Source of the DNA: an uncultured Gemmatimonadales bacterium
Lineage (GTDB): Bacteria > Gemmatimonadota > Gemmatimonadetes > Gemmatimonadales > Gemmatimonadaceae
DNA length: 64,000 bases
Direction: 5' to 3'
Assembly (NCBI GenBank): GCA_963793305.1
Contig: CAWBZV010000002.1
Coordinates: 736,001 to 800,000, forward strand
The notes under the pieces were generated by a model that saw nothing but the letters and a program-made list of their open reading frames with translations, was not told the origin of the DNA and searched no databases. The position numbers and the translations under genes are program-made. Shown here piece by piece: positions 1 to 9,380 of the stretch. The stretch's first letter is position 1, and each line of letters opens with the position of its first letter.

Positions 1-476
1 TGTTGGATCTATCAGGAGCGGGAGTCAATGACCGGGCCGAGCTGCTGCTCTTTCTGGCGGCCCGGGCGCAGCTTGTGCCTGAGGTGACCAGGGAGCTTAC
101 CGCGGGTCGGACCGTCGTGTTGGACCGATTTTTTCTCTCGACGTACGCCTATCAGATCGCCGGCCGGGGTCTGCCGGAAGAGGATGTCCGCCGCATCAAC
201 GCGTTCGCGACCCTCGGGCGGGTCCCGGATCTCACAGTCGTACTGGCGCTTCCGCCCGAGGACGCGCGCGCCAGGGCGGGGGAAGGGGATCGAATCGAGC
301 GCTCGGGGATTGATTTCTATGAACGCGTGGCCGGCGCATTCGGTATGTTTCTCACCAAGGCCTGGCAGCGGGAGCATCCCGAATGCGGCCGCATTGTCGG
401 GATCGATGCCCGCGGAAGTGAGGACGAAGTCGCCGATCGCGTGCGGGCGGCGGTCGCTCAAGTAGCGGAGGTGTAG
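1..476 (+). CDS. tmk: Thymidylate kinase (5'-truncated by window edge)
   Basis: ELLLFLAARAQ, VVLDRFFLSTYAYQ, PDLTVVL and DRIE motifs typical of dTMP kinase. Confidence 0.93.
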   Translation, partial: LDLSGAGVNDRAELLLFLAARAQLVPEVTRELTAGRTVVLDRFFLSTYAYQIAGRGLPEEDVRRINAFATLGRVPDLTVVLALPPEDARARAGEGDRIERSGIDFYERVAGAFGMFLTKAWQREHPECGRIVGIDARGSEDEVADRVRAAVAQVAEV

Positions 477-477
477 G

Positions 478-2085
478 GTGCGGTCACGGGCAGTCATAGT
501 CGCCGGGACATTGAGCGCGGCGGTCATCTGCGGCGGGTGGTTCCTGGAGAACGGGCTCCGCGGGTCGACCGGGCCGTTGCGTCGCGTGCAGGTGAGCGGC
601 ACGGGCGCCGAGCTGTTCGACCAGGTCGCCGACCATGTCCGGCGCGACTTCGTCGACTCGATCGGCCAGGACTCGATGTACCACGCCGCCGTGACCGGCA
701 TGCTCTACGAGCTCGGTGATCCGCACACGGCGTATCTCTCGGCCGACCGCTACACGCGCCTGCAGGAGACCACCAACGGCTCGTATATCGGCCTCGGGGT
801 GCAAATCGACATTCGTGGCGGTTGGATCACGATCCTCGCGCCCGTGCCGGGATCGCCGGCCGAACGGGCGGACCTCCGCACGGGTGACCGCCTCGTCGAA
901 GTCGACGGGCAAAGCACCCAGGGATGGACGCAAGACGAGGCCAGCAAGGCGCTGCGTGGCGAGCCTGGGTCGGTCGTGCACCTGACCGTCGAACGCCCTG
1001 GCGTCGAAGTCCGCATCCCGATGACCGTCACGCGCCGGGAGATTCACGTGCGGGCGGTCCCGCGCGCCGCGGTCATCCGGCCCGGCGTCGGCTATGTGCA
1101 TGTGACGGTGTTCAGCGATTCGACGGCGCGGGAGCTCAAGCACGCGGTCGACTCGCTGCGGAGCCGCGGGGCGAAGTCGCTGGTGCTCGACCTGCGCAAC
1201 GATCCCGGCGGACTGCTCGCCCAGGGTGTTCAGGTCTCGGAACTGTTCCTCGCCCGGGGCGACACGATCGTGTCGTTGCGCGGCCGGACGCCTGGGGCGA
1301 CTCAACAATTCGTTGATCACGATCCGGCGCAGTGGGCGGATATGCCGCTCGTCGTCCTCGTCGATCGCGGCACCGCCAGCGCGGCCGAGATCGTCGCCGG
1401 CGCGCTCCAGGATCATGACCGCGCGGTGCTCGTCGGCACGCCGACCTACGGCAAGGGGAGCGCACAGTCGCTCATCCAAATCGACGGCGGCGGCGCGCTC
1501 AAGCTCACCACCGCGCGGTGGTTCACGCCGTCGGGCCGCAGCATCAGTCGTCCGACCGCGAAGCCGGAGGACGACGATAGCGCCCCCGACTCGACCAGCG
1601 CGGACACCACCACGCATTGCTTGCGGTATCAGACCTCGGGCGGCCGTGTCGTGTATGGTGGGGGTGGCATCACGCCCGACGTGATCGTCGGCGACCCGGG
1701 CGTGTCCGAGCCCCAAGCGGCGTTCGAGACCGCGCTGGGCTCCAAGCTGCCGGCATTTCGCGATGCGTTGACGGCGTACGCGCTGTCGCTCGAAGGCACG
1801 CATGCGCTCTCGTCGCCGGACTTCGCGGTCACGCCCGCTATGCGGGACGAGTTGTACAAGCGCATGCGGGCGAAGGGCGTCGCGCTCGACCGCCCGAGCT
1901 ACGACGCGGCATCGCACTACGTCGATCAACAGTTGGCGACCGAGATGACGCGGTACGTGTTCGGCGTCGATGGGCTGTTCACGCGCTCGCTCACGCACGA
2001 TTCGGTGCTGGTCGTTGCCGCGGACCTCGCCAGCAAAGCGACGTCACCCGCTGATCTGTTGCGGCTGACTACCGCGCATAAGTAA
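478..2085 (+). CDS. ctpA: Carboxyl-terminal processing protease, S41 family with PDZ domain
   Basis: LGDPHTAYL, GLGVQI PDZ, LDLRNDPGG, TASAAEIVAGALQDHDRA, TYGKGSAQ, GGGITPD. Confidence 0.93.
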   Translation: MRSRAVIVAGTLSAAVICGGWFLENGLRGSTGPLRRVQVSGTGAELFDQVADHVRRDFVDSIGQDSMYHAAVTGMLYELGDPHTAYLSADRYTRLQETTNGSYIGLGVQIDIRGGWITILAPVPGSPAERADLRTGDRLVEVDGQSTQGWTQDEASKALRGEPGSVVHLTVERPGVEVRIPMTVTRREIHVRAVPRAAVIRPGVGYVHVTVFSDSTARELKHAVDSLRSRGAKSLVLDLRNDPGGLLAQGVQVSELFLARGDTIVSLRGRTPGATQQFVDHDPAQWADMPLVVLVDRGTASAAEIVAGALQDHDRAVLVGTPTYGKGSAQSLIQIDGGGALKLTTARWFTPSGRSISRPTAKPEDDDSAPDSTSADTTTHCLRYQTSGGRVVYGGGGITPDVIVGDPGVSEPQAAFETALGSKLPAFRDALTAYALSLEGTHALSSPDFAVTPAMRDELYKRMRAKGVALDRPSYDAASHYVDQQLATEMTRYVFGVDGLFTRSLTHDSVLVVAADLASKATSPADLLRLTTAHK

Positions 2086-2088
2086 GCC

Positions 2089-2844
2089 TTGAGGGTCGCC
2101 ATCGTCGGGCCCGGGCGCGCTGGTCGCTCGATCGCCAACGCGCTCGGCGCCGCCGGTATTGCCGTCGATCTCATTGGCCGCGGCGATCGGATGACTCCCG
2201 CTGACGTCGTGCTCGTCACGGTGCGGGATGGCGACCTCCCTGCCGCGCTGTGTGGTCTGCGCGATCTCCAGGACGGGGCCGTCGTTCTGCACGCGAGTGG
2301 GGGAACGGATCCGGCGGCCGAACTGAACGCGCTCCGTCAGGCCGGCCATCCAGTGGGAACGTTTCATCCGCTCGTGCCGCTCGCCGACCCCGACACGGGA
2401 TCGACCATGCTGCGCGGCGCGTGGATTGGCGTGGACGGAGATGCCCCGGCGATCGCCGGGGCTGAGTCGCTCGCGGCCGCTATCGGGGCGCACGTGCTCG
2501 CGATCCCGGCCGGCGCCAAGGCCGGATATCATGCCGCCGCGGTCATCGCCGCGAACTTCACCGCGGTGCTGGCGGCGTCGGCCGAGCGGACGATGCGACG
2601 CTCAGGGCTCGAGGCGGGACAGGCGCACGCGGCCGTGTCGCGTTTGATGCGGGTCTCGATCGACCACGTGGTGGCGCTCGGCCCGGAGCGGGCCCTCACG
2701 GGGCCGGCCGCGCGAGGCGACGTGGACACGATCGAGCGGAACATTGCGGCGCTGGCCGACGATCCCGCCGTGCGCGATCTCTACGTGGCGGCGACGCGGA
2801 TCGCGATCGAGCTCGCGCGGGAAAGCCGTCCCTTACATCCCTGA
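2089..2844 (+). CDS. Rossmann-like / DUF2520 oxidoreductase
   Basis: IVGPGRAG, LHASG, FHPL, YHAAAVIAANF, ALTGPAARGD. Confidence 0.85.
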   Translation: MRVAIVGPGRAGRSIANALGAAGIAVDLIGRGDRMTPADVVLVTVRDGDLPAALCGLRDLQDGAVVLHASGGTDPAAELNALRQAGHPVGTFHPLVPLADPDTGSTMLRGAWIGVDGDAPAIAGAESLAAAIGAHVLAIPAGAKAGYHAAAVIAANFTAVLAASAERTMRRSGLEAGQAHAAVSRLMRVSIDHVVALGPERALTGPAARGDVDTIERNIAALADDPAVRDLYVAATRIAIELARESRPLHP

Positions 2845-3504
2845 GCCGTTCAGCATCGCCTGCCGATCGACGATCTTGACGCCGCTGGGCGGGGTGTAGC
2901 TGAACTGGGATTTGTCGACCGGGACATTGAACGCGAGCTTGGTGAACCGAATGCGGCGCGTCGACCCGGTGCCGTCGATGACTTGGAACTGGCGCACGAT
3001 GCCATTGTCGTCGTCCACCCAGACGGTGGCCATCGTGTACTGCCCGGGCTTCTTGGGTATGAGCACCAGGATGTGCGCCTTGTGTCCCAGCGCCGTGTCG
3101 GCCTTGCCGAGCGTGACGTTGAAGCGCGTGCGCGGGGAATCCGTGAATTCACGCACGAAGTCGACCGCGGCCGCCTCGTTGTCATCGTTGCCGGCGAGCG
3201 GCATTTTGATCACCTGGCCCGGCGTCGCGCTCGGCGCATAGACCCAGAGCCACGTGCCATCGGCGACAATGCGGTCGCCGGCCGGCTCGATGAACTTGAC
3301 CGACAACCGGTTCGGGCGAAGCTGCAGCATCTCGCCCTTGGCGTTCGACGTGTCGCCGGTGAGACCGCTCGTCAGGATCTGCTCGAACGAGGCTTTGACC
3401 GTGCTGACGTGCTCGTACGCGGTGTGGGCGCGCGTGAGCACGTCGTCCACAACTTGCGCACCGGCGCGTGACGCACAGAGCGCCAAGATCAGGACTATAC
3501 GCAT
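2833..3504 (-). CDS. lolA: Outer-membrane lipoprotein carrier LolA family protein
   Basis: Signal peptide; ASFEQ, RPNR, IVADGTWLWVY, FSYTPPSGVKIVD. Confidence 0.85.
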   Translation of the reverse strand: MRIVLILALCASRAGAQVVDDVLTRAHTAYEHVSTVKASFEQILTSGLTGDTSNAKGEMLQLRPNRLSVKFIEPAGDRIVADGTWLWVYAPSATPGQVIKMPLAGNDDNEAAAVDFVREFTDSPRTRFNVTLGKADTALGHKAHILVLIPKKPGQYTMATVWVDDDNGIVRQFQVIDGTGSTRRIRFTKLAFNVPVDKSQFSYTPPSGVKIVDRQAMLNGSGM

Positions 3505-4526
3505 GGTGACTCCACCGCGCGACCGATCGCTTGGGCAATGAGGCGCAACTCGACGACGAGCTGCGCGAATTGGTTGGGATACAGGGATTGCGCGCCGTCT
3601 GACAATGCGCGATCCGGGGTCGGATGGACCTCGACCATCACGCCATCGGCCCCAGCCGCCAGCGCCGCGCGGGCCATTGGTATGACTTTGTCCCGCGCGC
3701 CCGTCCCATGGCTCGGATCAGCAATAATCGGCAGGTGGGATTGCGTGTGGACAATGGGCACGGCCGTCAGATCAAACATATTTCGTGCCGCCGGGTCAAA
3801 CGTCCTCACGCCGCGCTCGCAAAGAATCACTTGACCATTGCCCTCGGCCAGGATGTACTCGGCGCTCAGCAACAAATCACTGACGGTCGCGGCCAGCCCG
3901 CGCTTGAGCAAGACAGGTTTCTCCAGCCGTCCAACACACTTGAGCAGCGAGTAATTCTGCATGTTCCGCGCGCCGATCTGAATGCAGTCGGCGTACTCGG
4001 CCACCAGATGCGCGCCTTCTTCGTCCATTGCCTCGGTGACGATGGGTAGCCCGGTTTCCTTCTTGGCCATCGCCAATAATTCTAAGCCTCGTTTGCCAAG
4101 CCCTTGGAACGCATACGGCGAACTGCGCGGCTTGAAGGCCCCGCCGCGCAGGGCAGTGGCACCCGCGGCGCGTACGGCACGCGCGGCGGTGAGAATCTGT
4201 TCTTCGTTCTCGACAGAGCAGGGCCCGGCGATGATCACCACGTCGGTACCGCCGACAGTCACACCAGGGGCGAGCGTAACGACCGTATTCTCTTGCCGCC
4301 ACTCGCGCGAGACTTGCTTGTACGGCTGCGTGACGTGAATGACCTGCGCGACGCCCGGCAGCGCCTCGATGCGCGAGCTGTCGACGCGGCCGTCGTTGCC
4401 GACCAGGCCCACGGCCGTCCGCTGCGCACCCGGCATCGGCGCGGCCTGGTACCCCATCTCTTCGATCGTGCGCACCACGCGGTCGATGTCGACCTGCGCC
4501 GCGCCGTGTTTCATGACAACGAGCAT
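3495..4526 (-). CDS. aroF: DAHP synthase (type I-beta with N-terminal regulatory domain)
   Basis: IAGPCSVE, RGGAFKPRSSPYAFQG, QIGARNMQN, DPSHGTG, SDGAQSL. Confidence 0.96.
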   Translation of the reverse strand: MLVVMKHGAAQVDIDRVVRTIEEMGYQAAPMPGAQRTAVGLVGNDGRVDSSRIEALPGVAQVIHVTQPYKQVSREWRQENTVVTLAPGVTVGGTDVVIIAGPCSVENEEQILTAARAVRAAGATALRGGAFKPRSSPYAFQGLGKRGLELLAMAKKETGLPIVTEAMDEEGAHLVAEYADCIQIGARNMQNYSLLKCVGRLEKPVLLKRGLAATVSDLLLSAEYILAEGNGQVILCERGVRTFDPAARNMFDLTAVPIVHTQSHLPIIADPSHGTGARDKVIPMARAALAAGADGVMVEVHPTPDRALSDGAQSLYPNQFAQLVVELRLIAQAIGRAVESPCV

Positions 4527-4531
4527 ATCTA

Positions 4532-7500
4532 TCAGTCCGCCGCGCTATCGAGCGCAGTCTCCTGGCGTAAACGCACCCCGACGAGCGATGACACGCCGGG
4601 CTCCTGCATCGTGACGCCGTAGACCGCGTCCGCCGCTTCCGTCGTCGTCCGCGGGTTGTGCGTGATGACGATAAACTGCGTCCGGGACTTGAACTCCAGC
4701 AGCATGCGAACGAAGCGGCCGATGTTCTGGTCGTCGAGCGGCGCGTCGACCTCATCCAGTAGACAGAACGGACTCGGCTTCGTTAAGAATATACCGAAGA
4801 GCAGGGAGAGGGCGACCAAGGCGCGCTCGCCGCTCGACAGCAGGTGGATCCGCTGCGTGCGCTTGCCGCGCGGCGACGCATGGATCTCGATGTCGCAATC
4901 GAGTGGCGCCTCCGGATTCTCGAGCCGCAGCTCGCACTCACCGCCGCCGAACAGCGTCATGAAGATCTGGCGGAAGTTGTCGCGGACCTGCGCGAACGTC
5001 GTCAAGAACAGCTCGCGCGCGGTCATGTCGATTTCGCGAATCGCTTGTGTCAGCGAATTCTTTGCCTCGGCGAGGTCTGTGCGTTGGGCGGTCAGGAACT
5101 CGAGTCGCTTCAGCTCCTCGTCGTGCTCCTCGATCGCCAGCGTGTTCACCGGACCCAGCGCCGCTATTTGCTCACGGAGCTCGGCCGCCTCGGTGCGCAG
5201 GGTCTCTAAGCTCGCTTCGCTTCGCTCGCTCGCACTAAGTGCCGACCCGCTCACCGACCCGATGCGCTCAGTCTCGGCACAAAGCTCGGCCAACGGCCGG
5301 TGCCACTCGGCCTCGACGCGATCGCGCACGGCCTGCGACCGCGCAACGAGCTCAGCGCGCCGCAGCTCCGCGCGATGGGACTCGGTGGCGACGGCGTCGG
5401 CGGCAGCGCGAGCGTCGTGCAGCTGCCGTTCGGAGCGAGTGAGGGAGTCGTCCGCCGACGAGACCGCGAGCTCGGCGTTCATGAGCTGCGTCTCGCCATC
5501 GCCGAGCGTCGCCTCGCGCGCCGCGAGATCGACGCGCCAGACGGCGAGCTGCGCCGCCAATTCGGCGTCAGCAGCCGAAAGGGACTGCAACTCGGTCTCG
5601 AGGGCCGAGAGTTTCGTGGCGGCCGCGGCATGCTCGTCGCCGAGCCGCCGCGCGCGATCCGCGGCGACGTGGAGCCGCGCCTCGGCCTGCGCCACCGCGA
5701 CCTGCGCCGCCGTACGCCGCTCGCGCGCCGCCTCATGGTCCGCCGTCGCGGCGTCGATCGCCGCACGCGTCCCACCCGCCGCCCCCTCCCGCTCGACGAG
5801 TCGCGCTTCGACTTCGCCCGCTTGCGCGGCCAACCCGGCGAGCTTCTCGGACAGCACCTGCGAGCGCTGCGCAAGCCACTCGGCAAGCGACGCCGCGTCG
5901 GCCAGATCCCGCTCGGCGCGCGACCGCCGGCGGCCCGCATCATCGCGATGCTCAGTCGCCCGCCGCGCGGCTTGCTTCGCGACGGATGCGGCCTCCGCCG
6001 CCGTGACCGCTCGCTCGGCCGTCTCGGCGAGCGCCGCGCGCGCGACCTCCGCCTCGCGGACCGCCGCGTCGCGCCCGCGGATCGCGTCAGCCTGGGCCAC
6101 GCGCGAGGCAGCGATCTCTCCGCGCCGGCGGAGAGGGCCCGGCCCCGCGGCGGTTCCGGGTAGCCACACGGCCCCCCGGCCATCCTCGAATGCCACGCCG
6201 TCCCCGAGATCCCGCGCTCCGCCAAGCAGCACACGAATCCACCCGGCGACAGCCGACTCGGCCTTCACGCGCTCACTCAGCGCCGCTCCGCGGCGCGTCG
6301 ACGCAGCGCTCTCGCGCTGCTCGACTGGTCGGTTGACCTGTCGCTCGACTGCGTCTCGCTCCTCGCTCCCCGCATCGATTGGCAGCAGGAGCAGTGGCCC
6401 CGGGTCGCTCTCGGCGTGCCATGCCCGGACGGCATCGGCGGTCGCGCGATCGCGAACGACGACCGCGTGCAATGTCGCGCCGAGGAATCGCTCGACGACC
6501 GCGGCGGCGTCCTGATCGGCGACCACGAAATCGCTGAGCGGGCCGAGGATGGAGTCCTCTCCGAATCGGCGCCCTCGCTCGGCCAGGAGTCGCGCGGCCG
6601 CTGGGGCGAGTCCGACGCGCTCACGCTCCAAGGATTCGAGCGCGGTAACCTTGCCATCGAGCGCGGTCACGGCCTCGGTCGCACGCGCGACCGCGCCGCG
6701 GCGGTCAGCCTCGGTGGTCTGCGCCGACTGCAGCGCGGCGCGAGCGGTGGCTTCGGCCGTCGTCGCGTGCTCGGCGGCATCGGTGGCCAGCGCCAGCTCC
6801 TCGGTCGCAACGTCGACTTCGCGCGCTACCGCCTGGGCGCGGTCACCCAATGATTCGCGCTCGGTGTCGAGCGCGCGGACGCGGTCGCCAACTTCTCCAT
6901 GCTCGCGCTGGGCCGCGGCCTGGTCGATGGCCAGGCGTCCGACGCGATCGCGCAGCTCGCGGAGCTCGCGTTCCTCGCGGTCGAGCGCCTCGCGTGCGCG
7001 ACTCACCGCGCCACGGGCGGTCTCTTCGGTAGTTGTCGCCTCGCTCAAGCTGGCGCTGACACGCACGACCTCCTGCTCAGCCCCGATCCGGTCGGCATCC
7101 GCCTGATCCCGCTCGGCCCGTACGCGCTCGTCGAGCGCCACGCCATCCCGCCGCTCATCCTCGGCGCGCTGGCGACGAGTCGATGCATTGCGTTGGCGTT
7201 CCTCGGCGACCGCGATCTCGGCGCGGCGCTCGTTGACGCGCTGGCGCAATTCGGTCACGAGTCGCGACAACTCGGCGCGGCGTGCCTCGGCTTCCGCGCG
7301 GGCCAGCTGGGCTTCCTCGCGTCCGCGTTCCGCATCCGCGACTGCCTGTTGAGCCGCCGGCACCTCTCGGACCAGCTGCTCCAACCGCGTGCCGACCGTG
7401 GCGAGCTCGGCATCCGTCGATTCGAGATCTCGCAATGCGAGCGACACCTCGGCGACCAAGCGGCGCGACATCATTTCGGCGTAGCGCTCGGCGCGCTTCC

Positions 7501-8128
7501 GTTGGCGCGCCAGGGACCTGACGTGCGTCTGCACTTCGCTGAGCAGATCGTCGAGGCGTTTCAGATCGACCGCGGTCTCTTCGAGTCGGCGTTCGGTGCT
7601 CCGGCGGCGGTCGCGATAGAGTCCCACGCCGGCCGCTTCCTCAAATAGCTCACGCCGTTCGTCGGGACGATCCGACAACAATGCGTCGATCATCTTGCTT
7701 TCGATGACGACGCCGGCGTCGGCGGCCAAGCCGGTCCCGCGAAGGACGTTCTGGATGTCGCGTAAACGACATGGCGAGCGATTCAGGAAGTAGTCACTGT
7801 CCCCGGAGCGGCTGAGACGGCGGGTAATCACCACCTCGTGAAACGCGATGGGCAGCGTGCCGTCCGAGTTGTCGAAGTGCAGGGATACCTCAGCCACGTT
7901 GACCGCGCGCCGGGCCGAGGAGCCTTGGAAGATGACCTCGTCCATCTTCGCCCCGCCGCGCAACGTGCGGATGCGCTGCTCGCCGAGCACCCACCGAACG
8001 GCGTCAGAGACGTTCGACTTCCCGCAGCCGTTGGGCCCAACGATGGCGGTGACTCCGGGTTCGAAGAGCAGGTGAGTCTGGTCGGCGAAGCTCTTGAACC
8101 CGTGTAGCTCCAGCTTGGTCAATCGCAT
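4532..8128 (-). CDS. smc: Chromosome segregation protein SMC
   Basis: GFKSF, Walker A GPNGCGKSN, long coiled coils with hinge, Walker B/D-loop LLDEVDAPLD, QFIVITH. Confidence 0.96.
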   Translation of the reverse strand: MRLTKLELHGFKSFADQTHLLFEPGVTAIVGPNGCGKSNVSDAVRWVLGEQRIRTLRGGAKMDEVIFQGSSARRAVNVAEVSLHFDNSDGTLPIAFHEVVITRRLSRSGDSDYFLNRSPCRLRDIQNVLRGTGLAADAGVVIESKMIDALLSDRPDERRELFEEAAGVGLYRDRRRSTERRLEETAVDLKRLDDLLSEVQTHVRSLARQRKRAERYAEMMSRRLVAEVSLALRDLESTDAELATVGTRLEQLVREVPAAQQAVADAERGREEAQLARAEAEARRAELSRLVTELRQRVNERRAEIAVAEERQRNASTRRQRAEDERRDGVALDERVRAERDQADADRIGAEQEVVRVSASLSEATTTEETARGAVSRAREALDREERELRELRDRVGRLAIDQAAAQREHGEVGDRVRALDTERESLGDRAQAVAREVDVATEELALATDAAEHATTAEATARAALQSAQTTEADRRGAVARATEAVTALDGKVTALESLERERVGLAPAAARLLAERGRRFGEDSILGPLSDFVVADQDAAAVVERFLGATLHAVVVRDRATADAVRAWHAESDPGPLLLLPIDAGSEERDAVERQVNRPVEQRESAASTRRGAALSERVKAESAVAGWIRVLLGGARDLGDGVAFEDGRGAVWLPGTAAGPGPLRRRGEIAASRVAQADAIRGRDAAVREAEVARAALAETAERAVTAAEAASVAKQAARRATEHRDDAGRRRSRAERDLADAASLAEWLAQRSQVLSEKLAGLAAQAGEVEARLVEREGAAGGTRAAIDAATADHEAARERRTAAQVAVAQAEARLHVAADRARRLGDEHAAAATKLSALETELQSLSAADAELAAQLAVWRVDLAAREATLGDGETQLMNAELAVSSADDSLTRSERQLHDARAAADAVATESHRAELRRAELVARSQAVRDRVEAEWHRPLAELCAETERIGSVSGSALSASERSEASLETLRTEAAELREQIAALGPVNTLAIEEHDEELKRLEFLTAQRTDLAEAKNSLTQAIREIDMTARELFLTTFAQVRDNFRQIFMTLFGGGECELRLENPEAPLDCDIEIHASPRGKRTQRIHLLSSGERALVALSLLFGIFLTKPSPFCLLDEVDAPLDDQNIGRFVRMLLEFKSRTQFIVITHNPRTTTEAADAVYGVTMQEPGVSSLVGVRLRQETALDSAAD

Positions 8129-8135
8129 CTACTGT

Positions 8136-9380
8136 CTACGGTCGGCCTGTTCGGAGAACGAGGACCGGGTTGAGTCCGGCCCGTCGGAGCGATGTGATGA
8201 GAGGCAGGGCGTCATCGCCGGCGGCAAACGCACCGGCATAGACGGCCGCGAGGCCCTTCGAGAACTCCAGGCTGTAGGCCGGAACCCCGCGCTTGACGAG
8301 CTGGGCGGCGAGTGCGCGGGCCGAGTCGGTCGGCAAGGAGTCCGCGAGGCGGAGCGCCAGCGGGACGTGGACCACGGTGCCGCCGTGCGCGGCGATCGCG
8401 GCCTGGGCGCTCCCGGAGTCCTCGAACGCGCCCGCGATCACTTCGAACCGCGTCGTCCCGTTGGAATCGCCGACCGGCACCACCGTGGCGGGGCCTATCG
8501 CGCTAATCGCGCTGTCGCGCACGAGGCGCAACGCCGCGGCATACGTCGGCGCCGTCGAGGCGCGCAGCGCGAACTCGGCGCTGCCCGGCGCGTGCTCCGC
8601 TGGACCCGGCACCGGTGCCCCGAGTTGGGCGCTCGCGGCCGTGGTGACCGTGTCAGGGCGCGGCGCCGCGGCCGCCACCGCCTGGGGCGTGTGCCGAGGA
8701 GAGACAACGAGCCAGGCGGCGAATGCGATGATCGCGGCCGCGGCCACGATCGCGATGCGGCGCCCCAAACGGCTTCCCGCGTCGTTTTCTTCGTCCGTGC
8801 GACGGGCGACGATCCGGCGGGGTGGCGGCGTCGCGTTCGCCAAGATCGTCACCCCGGCGGGCAGATGCCCTTCGACCGCGCCGACCGCGATCACCCCGTC
8901 CGTGCGGGCGATCAGCTCAGCGAGGCCCGGGCTGCGCGCGACCGCCACGAACAGCAGCAACGCTCCCGCCTTTTGATACTCGGCGATGAGTTTCGCCCAC
9001 CGCTCGCTCGGCAACACGCGCGCGTAGTCGATCGGCTCGGTGCCGCCCGAGATCACGAACATCTGCTCGTTGGCGTGCGTGCGACGCGTGACGGCCTTGG
9101 GCGAGATCCCGTACTCGAAGCAGTCCGAGACGCCGTGCGGGTCGTCATCCTCCGCCAGCGCGCGCAGGGGCGCGACGTCGCCGATCAAGTCGACAATGGT
9201 GACGATCCGATTGCGCGCCATGGCCCGCCCGGCCGCGATCGCGGCGAGCGCCGTTCCGGGCGAGCTTTCACCGACGACGGTGGCCGATGTCACGTCCGCC
9301 AAGGCCTCGGTCACGCCCGACAGCCCCACGCGGGTGGCCGTGTTTCCGGGGTGATGACCGTTCTCGAGGGTCAGCGTCAT
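8136..9380 (-). CDS. Membrane-anchored protein with C-terminal SPOR-like region
   Basis: Central TM helix IAIVAAAAIIAFAAWLVV; C-terminal VIAGAF and VYAGAF SPOR-like segments; codirectional with smc. Confidence 0.6.
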   Translation of the reverse strand: MTLTLENGHHPGNTATRVGLSGVTEALADVTSATVVGESSPGTALAAIAAGRAMARNRIVTIVDLIGDVAPLRALAEDDDPHGVSDCFEYGISPKAVTRRTHANEQMFVISGGTEPIDYARVLPSERWAKLIAEYQKAGALLLFVAVARSPGLAELIARTDGVIAVGAVEGHLPAGVTILANATPPPRRIVARRTDEENDAGSRLGRRIAIVAAAAIIAFAAWLVVSPRHTPQAVAAAAPRPDTVTTAASAQLGAPVPGPAEHAPGSAEFALRASTAPTYAAALRLVRDSAISAIGPATVVPVGDSNGTTRFEVIAGAFEDSGSAQAAIAAHGGTVVHVPLALRLADSLPTDSARALAAQLVKRGVPAYSLEFSKGLAAVYAGAFAAGDDALPLITSLRRAGLNPVLVLRTGRP

